A DNA stretch of 64,000 nucleotides from Camelus ferus (taxonomy: Eukaryota): positions 99,202,001-99,266,000 of the forward strand of contig NC_045696.1 in the NCBI RefSeq assembly GCF_009834535.1. The letters run 5' to 3'. The notes under the pieces are model-generated. The model did not search any database. It saw nothing but the letters and a program-made list of their open reading frames with translations, and was not told the DNA's origin. A program made the translations under genes and the position numbers. Below are positions 39,200 to 48,935 of this stretch, in pieces. Numbering within the stretch: the first letter of the stretch is position 1; every line of letters starts with the position of its first letter.

Positions 39200-41950
39200 T
39201 TTTCGGCTACTGAGTGCAGGGCAGAATTTAGGGCTCTTTAAATCGCCGGGCTGTGCAGCCGGCCCTAGCCGGTCGGCGCAAACAAAGGACACTCCCCTCT
39301 GTTTATGCCACACTCGGCTGGGCCAGAACTGAAGGTTTTTCCCACTGGCCGACCCCCAGCCCCAAGACAGCGGAACCCGCAGCCCAGGAGGGCGTCTCGG
39401 GAGAGGAGGCCGAGGCCCGCAGTCATTCTGTCTGCCTGGGCCGGGAAACTTGGCAAGCGAAAAAGCCGTGAAGGCAAGCGAAAAAGATAGACTGGCCGGG
39501 CCGTGGGCAACAAGTGGCCGGAGGGACCCGAAAGTGGAAGCGATTCTTAAGCCCCTTTTCCCAGAGGCTCTGTCTGGCGGCAGGGTACAGAGCTTCAGCC
39601 AGCAAATTAACAGTGTGAGACCTGGGGCTGAGGACCTGCTCCTCGCTGCGCTGCGCTCGCCTTTGTTTCTTTGGCCCATCGGCCCGAGGATCGGTGTGAT
39701 TTGCGGAGGGGAGAATTCTTAGGCCCGCTCAGGAGGAAAGTGTGGGTTCGAAGCCAGTTTCTCCCAGATCATCACCGTCTCCAGCCCACTCCTTGGTCCC
39801 GATTCAGGGCCAGATTCTCGGGTCTGCCCGTCTCCGGGCGCTCCAGACACCCGGGAGGAGGAGCCGGCAAGGCTAACTGGGAAGAATGGACTGGAGAGAA
39901 GGGAGGAGGGGAGGGGAGAAGAAAGGATCCAAGTAGGAAGGCGAGTGTGGTCAGGGGGTTCGGGGAAAGGAGAGCGAGAGAAAAAGAGAGAGGGAGAGAG
40001 CGCAGAGCGACACTAGGAAATTCGGAGAAAGTGTGAAAACAAAATTAGGCTTAAGGGACTCTAGCCTAGCAGTTCCTCTGCTCCCGGCCACCTAGTCTGC
40101 AGCCGCCTGTCCTCCCTGGATCCTGGCCCTCGCCTACTCCTGACTCCTGGGACAAGCTGCTGAAGCAGGCCGTCGTCCGGGCGCGCCTGGTGCTGCCCAT
40201 CAGCCCCAGCAGGCCCGGGTACTCTGGTCTGCCCTCTGGACATTACGTGCAGCGTAACGCCCCCTCCCCAAAGTCTTGGTGAATGCAGGCACAGCCCAGC
40301 CCCGCTCACTTCCAAGAGCGGCGAGGCAAAGCAGAGCTGCCCAGCTTTCGGGAGAGAAGGGGGAGGGGGCTCACCAGTAGAGAAAAGAATCGGTGCCCGG
40401 GTCAGAGCGCATGAGCAGTAGACGCATGAGATGGGGGTTGGGGAGGGGAGAGGGAGCAGTTGTGACTCTGTGTGTGTGTGTGTGTGTGTGCGCGCGCGCG
40501 CGCGCGCGTGTATGTGTGTATCCGCGTGCGGAGGGACCTGTCATCGCTGACGTCGGACCGGGCCGCGGGCCAATGGGCGACCCAGGCGATTGTTCCTCTC
40601 GGCGGGCCGGGGCCACGGCCCCGAATCTCTATTCACTTCCTCACGCGCCCCGCTGCTGCCTCTGTAGTGTACAGGATTTCAAGTAGGCATTAAAGACCGA
40701 GAGAGGGAGGAAAAAAAAGTCACAACCCAAAACTTGAAGGGGGGAAAAAACTTTGCAGAAGTTTTTTTGTGGTTGTTCTTTCCCCTCCCCGCTGTCAGGT
40801 GATGGTGGCGCGAGCGGCCCGACCTAAGGAACTCCGGGGAGTCCCAGCCGGGATGCAGCAGGCCTCTCTCTCCCAGCCGAGCTGGGCAATGAAATTTGTA
40901 TATATGGCTGGGGCGCTTCGAAACCACCACCACCTACAACATCACCACTTCCCCCACTTCCACTCCCTCGCTGGGCGCCGCAGCCCGGAGCGCCCCAGCC
41001 CAGAGCGCCCCAGGGAGTTGGTCACTGCTTGGAGCGCAGTTCGGACTCCTTTGCAGCAGAGCCTAGGGACCCCCAGCAACCCACAGACTCAGCATTTCGC
41101 ACCCCACTGACCCTTCCACCTACCCCGCCGCCACCATCGTTCTCCTGCTCATGAAGCGACAGGGGGCTCTACGGAACAGCCTCCCAGCCGGTCCGCGGTG
41201 GAGGAGCTTGGCCTCGCGCTGTCCACCGGGGTCGCTGCCGCCGCCGCCGTCTGGCTCCGGGTCCCGGCTTTGACCACAGAGGCCGTGGTGTGGCTGGGCT
41301 GGGCCTGCCCCCTGGGGCCCGATAGAACGCTCAGCCCACGCCACCCATTCTCACTCGCGCTATTTGTCTCGACAACAGGTAGCAGCTCTGGACACCATGG
41401 CCCCCAGCTCGCTGCCTCCTCCAGCCCCTCGGTGTTCCCGGGCCTTCACGAGCAGCCTCCCCAGGCCTCCCCCGGCGGCACTTTGAATGGACTCCTGCGT
41501 CTGGGTCTCCCCGGAGACATGTACGCGCGGCCGGAACCTTTCGCGCCGGGACCTGTGGCCCGCAGCGACGCCCTAGCAGCTGCCGCAGCCCTGCACGGCT
41601 ACGGGGGCATGAACCTGACCATGAACCTCGCAGCGCCCCACGGTCCCGGCGCCTTCTTCCGCTATATGCGTCAACCCATCAAACAGGAGCTCATCTGCAA
41701 GTGGCTGGCGGCCGACGGCCCCGCGCCCCCGCGCCTCTGCTCCAAAACTTTCAGCACCATGCACGAGTTGGTCACGCACGTCACCGTGGAGCACGTCGGC
41801 GGCCCTGAGCAGGCCAACCACATCTGCTTCTGGGAGGAGTGTCCGCGCCAGGGCAAGCCCTTTAAAGCCAAATACAAACTTGTAAATCACATCCGCGTGC
41901 ACACGGGCGAGAAGCCCTTCCCTTGTCCTTTCCCGGGGTGTGGGAAGGTC
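39200..41950. promoter_or_regulatory. CpG island in ZIC4 intron 2/exon 3
   Basis: High CpG density; contains a (TG)n(CG)n tract, a CRE-like site and a CCAAT box. Confidence 0.75.
40469..40520. repeat. (TG)11(CG)9 alternating purine-pyrimidine tract
   Basis: Direct reading; alternation continues through tgtatgtgtgta. Confidence 0.92.
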
Positions 41951-41996
41951 TTTGCTAGATCAGAAAATCTCAAAATACACAAAAGAACTCACACAG
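41379..41996 (+). CDS. ZIC4: ZIC4 coding exon (ZF-NC, zinc fingers 1-3)
   Basis: Acceptor tttgtctcgacaacag|GT; encodes [11 protein letters not shown]...[23 protein letters not shown]...HKRTHT; donor CAG|GTCAGT; 618 nt. Confidence 0.96.
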
Positions 41997-44128
41997 GTCA
42001 GTATTCGGCACTGTCTGTCTCGTGCGGACCTTCTAGGGGAGCAGGGGGTCTCTTCCTGGCCCTCGCGGCTGGATTTCCTCAAGTTCCACCTGGGGGGAGG
42101 AGGGATGTTTGGTGTTTCCATGAGCTAAAGTTCATAAAATATTAATTATGCCCTTCTATGGGAATCACAGACGTTTCCTGAGACTGTGTGTGGGAGGCTA
42201 GTGTGAGATTTCTGCTATGGGGAGAGGGTGAGGGTGAACGTGCTTGGGTTTCTGTGTGTGCAAATGTGTGATCCCTGCTTACTGAGTTTGGTTTTAAGGT
42301 ATTTTAAAAGGCACTGTTCCCAAAGTCGTAAAGACATGGGAACAATTTAATTTTTGCCTGTCCCTTTGGAATTTTGTGGCAAGCACTCTTCCAATGGTCA
42401 GCTTGATAACCTGATTGCCACTCGAACTGAGAGCTTATTAGGCCCTTGGTGCCTTTTTTAGGATTTGGGGTCTTATGGGCTAACTTTGCCCCTGTTTTGA
42501 AGCCTTGGTGACCAAGACTTGGGACCTTTCACAAACCCTCCCGTTTGCTTTAGCAGAGACCCAAGGAGACTCATCTGCTTTAAATGTCATTTACTGAGCT
42601 GTTAAGTGAAATGGGGACATGTGTCAACCACATCTGTTAGTTCTAGTTAACAGAAAGAAAAGGAACCTGCTCAGGAGCCTGAAAAGTTCAACTCCTCTGG
42701 CCAGAAGCAACTCTAATTAATGCAATTGCAAGGAGAAAGTTTTCACACTTCCCAGAACAGCCTGTAAAGTTACATTAAATAGTTTAGCAGCAATGTTTGT
42801 ATTCTCCTTAGCTAGGGTTTTCTTGCCCCCACTTGCCTTCCCCTCCTCCATTTTTGGGGCGGGAGAAGCGGATGGTTGGGGAAACAGGATGAGATAAGTT
42901 CCAGCTTGGTGCCCAGCTTGTATTCCCTGGCACTCTGCCTTACTTACCTCTGTTCTTGGTGGAAACATCAGCAATTATTAGTCAAAGAATTTCTCCAGCC
43001 TGGTACTACCCAGGAAAGAAGTTTGCTAAATCCCACCTTCTCCCCCCAAATTCTGCCATCTTGGGAAATATTCCTGGCCAGGACATTGGCCCACACGGAT
43101 GCCAGATCGAAGTCCTCTTTCAGTTTCCTAGTTTATTTCCGGAAATGTACGGTTTTTCGGAGCTGGTTCCAGGATCCCCCTCAACCCTCTGGCAAGCACC
43201 CCCCCCATCTCCTTGAGTTTTATCCAGGGGAAAGAGGAGGGAAGTGAGGCCCTGATCACCGCCCTCAGGCCCCGCTACTCAATGAGCTGGCGGCTCGCAC
43301 CGCGAAGATAGACTCGCAGTCCTGAGCCAGAGAAGGAACTCATTTTTAATGACGGGGGGTTTTAAACAAACAAACTTTTACTGCTCTTTGCCGGGCTACT
43401 GTTTGAAGTCCGTGAAGCAGAAAATGGTTAAATTCTCAATGCAATCGACCTACAGCAGAGAAGCAAGTTCAGTGCGCCCGAGCTGGCTCAGGTTTGCGTC
43501 TATTCATAACAGAATTCTAAGTGCATCCTTTCCCTTCCACCGGCAGCCTTGATTCATTATCACCGGAGTTTAAAATATAGAGAGAGAGTCTCTTCTGCTC
43601 TGGCATTTCCCTCAAACCCTCCTTCTAAGTAATGAAAAGAGGAAGAAAAAAAAAACCCCAAATGTTTCTCAAATGGCAATAGACCTCACTGCAAATTATT
43701 CATGAAGACAGTTCTCGATTCAACAGGAAAATAATTGCCTTTTCAAATATTAATGGCGTTTCATTTCTTCGAGTCGCGGAAGCGGCGAATAGGAGCTGCT
43801 TGCTCTGCAGTCGCGATTTTCCCGGGTCTGAATCCCGGGCCTGGCTTCCGAGGCAGCGGCTCCGAGACCACTCCGACAGCTTTCGCTTTGCGGCGGTCAC
43901 AGCCATCCCGGAACAATGGTGCCGCCGCGAGGGAGCCACGGGCCCGCCGCCGCCCGGCGCCCTTCCCAGGACCCCTGGGTTGGGGGCTCGCCCCACTCTC
44001 CCGGGCAGTCAGGAGAGGGAGGCAGGGCTGGGATCCGAGGTGGAAGAGGAGAGACCGCGCCGGGGCGGAAGGGCCCGGCTCAGCCCGCCCAGCCACAAGT
44101 GCGAGAAAATGGCGCGAGTCGCACTGCC

Positions 44129-44130
<2 letters not shown>

Positions 44131-44159
<29 letters not shown>

Positions 44160-44169
44160 GGCCGCCGCC
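44131..44169. repeat. (GCC)9 GCG (GCC)3 trinucleotide repeat
   Basis: Direct reading. Confidence 0.92.
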
Positions 44170-46539
44170 ACCGAACTTTGTCGGGCGGTCCTGGCGCCGG
44201 GCCGGGAGGAGGCCTCTCCCGGCTGTTGAGCCTCTGGGAGGAGACTCCGGGCCTTCCACGACTCTGCCTCAGGCCCAGGCTGCTCGGGGCGGGCTGCGGA
44301 GCCCTGGCCCAACCCTGCTTCTCCACATCCATCCACCCACCCACCAAGGGCGCAGCGCCCAGACCAGGTGGGAGGGAGGGGGAGGGAGGCTGCGTGTTGG
44401 GGTGGGGGTGCGGGTGCAGAGTTAAGCGAGGAGTCCTGGGCTCCTATTGCTGCTTTGAGAGGCCGGGAGGGCGCGGGGGCGCGGCCTCACCTGGCCTCCC
44501 AAGGGCCTTGGAACTTCCAGGCGGCCCAGATCACATTCTGTGCCCTGCTTTTTTCGCCTCAGTTCCTCGTCTGGGACGAAATCATTCCTTCTGTTTTACG
44601 CGAAAGTCCACCAAGGCGCTCACACGATGGGATAAGTGTGCGTGGGAGGGGGGGCAATACTTGGGGGTGACAATAGACCTCAAATTCCATTTCCTTCTGT
44701 TATTTCAGCAAATCTTGCTTACTTTTGCACGCCCTGAATGACATGGTTCTTGTAAGTGATTTTAGAAAGGAAAGAAGGGAGGAAGAAAAGTTTTAGTTTT
44801 GCAGATGCTAACAGGGATCAGAGGGGAGAAAACAAGGGACAAATAGGGACACTAGTTTATTCTGCATCTTTCTCCTATTGTTTAAAAAATAAAATTGTAC
44901 CGATATGCCGAAAAATGGCAGATGCCAGCACTGTCCAGTGTTCCACTGTACTAACAACACTCTGCAGAGAGAGGACGCAGCGGCCGCGCGGTTAGGAGCC
45001 CTGGGCTCCTAACCTGCCTCTGAGTGGAGGCGAAGGTTGTGTGCAAACCTCTGGCTCAGCTGAAGCCTCAACAGGGCTTGGGAACAGGGGCATTGTTTGT
45101 TCAAACATGCCCCAAAGCACCCGTCTTTCCTGGAAGCGGCGGGAGAAGCGACCACAAAGGCAACAGTCCTCCAGCCGTACATCTCTTTCTCCTTAGCCAG
45201 ACGCTTGGTAGCCTTTCCCTCAACCCAGGGTGCCCGGCGGCATCCTTTTGTTTAAAGCGCCCGGACACTTCTTCCCCTCCTTTCCGCAGCATCTGCAGCT
45301 CCAGCGGGAATCTGGGCTTCCGGGTTCTTGGGGTCCTTTCCTCCCCTTACCCACGCTAGCGAATCCAGCCGGCGTTGTGCTCCGGGACTGGGGCTCCGTC
45401 CTCGGCCAGTATTTCCACCCTAACGCGCGCTCGCGCCTTCCTGCGGCTCTACAGGGCATCGCACCACCGATCTGAGCCCCTCCCGGGTCTACCCCGTCTG
45501 CCCGCTTGTCCTCCGGTCCACGGAGCCGGGCCTGGCCTGACCGCAGCAGCTGAGCTCATCCTGAAGCCGCCGCGATCAAGGGCGCGATTGCAGGAGAGGC
45601 CTCGGATCCTGCTCGGCCCAGGCAGACTCTGCCTTGCCAGCCTCTCGGCTTGGGCCTGGGAGGCCGGACCGCGGGGCGATGGGTGGTCTGGGGAGGCCAG
45701 TCGACTTCTCACAATCAGTTAGGACTGGGAGAGCAGCTGCCCATGGCAGAGTCTCCGGGAGGCCGCTGGAGCAGCGTAATAAAATATTATTGCCGGCGCG
45801 CGTAACTGGAGAGATCCCGGACGGTTTAGGCAAGATTTGAAGAATGCTGCTAAATGTTTGCCCTCAGGGGGTAGAGGGGAAGGGGGAGGGGGCTTCATTT
45901 CCCGTAAAAATCGCGTCTGAAGTGAATCATTGCTCAGAATACCTTTCCGTGCAGCACAAATTCACATTATGCACATGCCGTGTGCATCGGCTGCGCATCC
46001 TTAAATTGTTCCGTCTACTTGGCGTTTGCACAAAACCGACTTTAGGAAACAATTTAGGCCAGGACGGGATGTGTGCAGGGTGGATCGCTGGGCGGGGAGG
46101 GGAGAGGCAGAGACGTCTGGCTGGAACAGCAACTTTAAACTGAGCAGATGCGAACTCTTCAGTCAACTCTATTCTCTGGGCAAAGGTGCTTCTGGATCCA
46201 AGTGGAGAAAATTTGAAGGAAAACAACCGGAGGGGATCAGGGTTTTCCAGAATAGAAACTGGACTAAGATGGAGTCTTTGTCGCTCCTCCTCCGTACCCT
46301 CCCCCCAGGCCCGGGCGGGAGAGGGGGAGGGGTGGAGGCGGGCTGGAGGGAGCTCAGGGGGCGCGCTCTGAGCAGGGAAGGGGGTGCCGGGCCTAAGGCG
46401 CCAGGGAATGAGGTTTCTGAAATTTTTTACTGCTCCTTTCCCCAAAAATGGAAGAGAAACTGGGGGGGGGGGAAGGGTGGTGAGGCCGAGCCAGGGCCAC
46501 GGCCCACGAGCACTAATGTCTCTGCGTTGCCTCCACCAG

Positions 46540-46861
46540 GGGAGAAGCCCTTCAGGTGCGAGTTCGAGGGCTGCGAGCGGCGCTTCGCCAACAGCAGCGA
46601 CCGTAAGAAGCACTCGCACGTGCACACGAGCGACAAGCCCTACACGTGCAAAGTGCGCGGCTGCGACAAGTGCTACACGCACCCCAGCTCCCTGCGTAAG
46701 CACATGAAGGTGCACGGGCGCTCGCCGCCGCCGCCGCCCAGCTCTGGCTACGACTCTGCCGCTCCGTCTGCCCTGGTGTCGCCCTCGTCGGACTTCGGCC
46801 GCGAGCCCCCGGTGGCCTCCTCGGCGGCGGTGGCGGCGCGTGGTGCCGACCTGAGCGAATG
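46540..46861 (+). CDS. ZIC4: ZIC4 coding exon (zinc fingers 4-5 and C-terminus ...ARGADLSE, ends with the TG of the split stop)
   Basis: Branch-like CACTAAT at 46511; acceptor ctccaccag|GG; encodes [62 protein letters not shown]; donor ATG|GTACGT. Total CDS 70+618+322+1=1011 nt, 336 aa. Confidence 0.93.
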
Positions 46862-46937
46862 GTACGTGTGTCAGGGCGCGGGCCCCGCCGCTGCTATCCC
46901 CGCGGCGCCCCCCAGCCCCGCGCCGCCACCTGGCCCC

Positions 46938-46943
46938 GCCGCT

Positions 46944-46973
<30 letters not shown>
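46938..46973 (+). repeat. GCC GCT (GCC)10 repeat (12 Ala in the ZIC4 read-through frame)
   Basis: Direct reading; in frame with ZIC4 if the 46862 donor is not used. Confidence 0.9.
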
Positions 46974-46975
<2 letters not shown>

Positions 46976-48935
46976 TATTAGCGCTGCTGCTGGGCTTACT
47001 GCTTCCGCGTACACTGACTGCTAGGTCTAGGCCCGGTTATTGAGGCTTGATGAGAGCGTGAGGAGGGAAGAAGAGAAGTAAGGGAGGGAGGGAGGAGGAA
47101 GGTCACCACTAAGAGTTCATTGAATATGCCGGTATAATGTCCATTATCTTAAAATACAAATATGGTACCCATGTGGATTCTCCCATCACACCCAGCACCC
47201 CCACCCATCCACACAGATGCCCTTGTGACTGGGTAGCATGAAAGCAGTGCTGGGGTAAAGAAAACAGAGAGACACAGGCAGAAGTTAAAAAGAAAACATT
47301 AGGAGAGTTAATGCGCTATCTTGGCAACTGCAGGCGGCGAAAGTAAAACCACAAAGTCCTTGAGTGGTTCACAGAATGGGAAAAAAATTTTTTCCAGGCC
47401 TGGGCCGCTTGGATTGCCACCCCATCTCCCTTCCCAGGTCCCAGTCCAAGTCTCCTCGGAAGTTCCTAAGGCGGGATAGTGGCAGAGGGAATTCCTGAGC
47501 CGTTGTCTTCCCTCCTGCTGCCTTCCCCTTTTGACTCCCTCCTCTCCCCCCTCCCCCAGCTATTCAAGTCCCAGATCCAAAATTTCCCAACTACTTCGGT
47601 AAAGGAGACTGGGGGAGGTGGGGTGGGGTCAGCACCTTCCCTAGGCAGTACATGCCCCTCCCCCATAGACTGGCCTAAGCACACAGATCCGTCTGCCTGC
47701 CTGTCTGCTCCGTATGCTTTATGTACTTGGGGGAGGTGATGAGTCCAAACAACAAGAAATACAGACAAAAGAGCACTGAAGGGGCTTTAGGATTCAATGC
47801 TCTGAGGCCTCCCCAGACCAGCCACCCTTTCCTCACACCCCACGCTGCTTGAGGTGCTGCCTGTGGGTCTTGTGAGTGCTTGGAGTTGGGGGTGCAGAGT
47901 GTGCCAATGACGTCACTGAGCCTAGGCCTCCACAGCAAAAGGATCTGGCCTAGGTGACAGTGTCTGGATGAATCATGTCAAATCAATTGTCAAAAATCGC
48001 ACAATGTTGGTCTTATTTAAAAGGGTCAGGGAGGGGGAAACAAGCAATGAATTGCAATAATAAATATTTTAAAGGCAAACACCCAATGGGTCTAGACTGA
48101 ATGTGTATTTGGTATGCTGGGCACCAAATCCCCTGAAAAAGAACCAGATGTTGGCGGCAGGGGAGAGGAAAGTCTTTGCAGTTGTTGCCAATGGGGAAAA
48201 AGATCAGAGCCTGGTTCCCAGTCTGCCACCATCTGCAGGGGATTATGGTGCTGCCCCAAAATTCTTGCTAAGATTTGGGGGGAGGGTGGGAGAAGACAAT
48301 GACAGGGTTAAAAAGTTTTGGTAGACCCATCCCAGTCCCCTAAGAATTTGGAGATAAGGAAGGGTGTAGTGCTCCTACCCAGGAGGAGCCCCTGAAGAGC
48401 TCAACTTAAAAAGCTGAAGCCAGCAAACAAGCCCAGGTTCTGTCACTCTGCTGGGTTTCCTTCTGCTCTTTCCTCTTCAGTCACTGTTAGAGGACTGTCA
48501 CTCCTGCCCCGATTCCATCAGATAAATAACGTCCTGACTGGAGAGGGACTGTTTTCCGTATCTCTGATAAAATCCAAAATCTTCCAAACACATCCCTAGT
48601 GAATCCGTCCTGTGGAAGGGGATCTGCAGTGCCCTTCCCGTCCTGCTCCCACAATAGGGCCCAGAGGCCGCCTAGCCAAGGGCCTGCGGTCGGCAGCAAA
48701 CGACTCCTTCCCATCTGTAAACACCCGCCCCGCCACCAAGGTGCAGAGGGCATCTGGGGAACTTGCTTCTTCTGAAGATGTTAAAAAATGTACCCCCGCC
48801 CCAAAGAGGGCTCATTTCTTTCTCTTCTATTTCTAGGCCCCATTTTGCCTTCCACTCCCACCCAAAATAATGAAATAAAATAAAAATGCGTCGACGGTCA
48901 CTAATCGCCTTTAATTTTTCATTTGCTTGTTACAG

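Larger units (their letters stand above)
43750..47020. promoter_or_regulatory. CpG island(s) in ZIC4 intron 3/exon 4
   Basis: High CpG density, two GCC triplet repeats. Confidence 0.75.

Noticed and set aside
43735..44741. Overlapping 164-313 aa ORFs with poly-Arg/Ala/Pro
   Set aside because: Explained by GC richness and the GCC repeat; not called as genes.
46026..46539. N-terminal part of the 332-aa ORF before the ZIC4 finger 4-5 exon
   Set aside because: Intronic open frame upstream of a clear branch point and acceptor; no ZIC similarity.
45927..46715. 262-aa minus-strand ORF
   Set aside because: Antisense shadow of the ZIC4 exon plus GC-rich intron.
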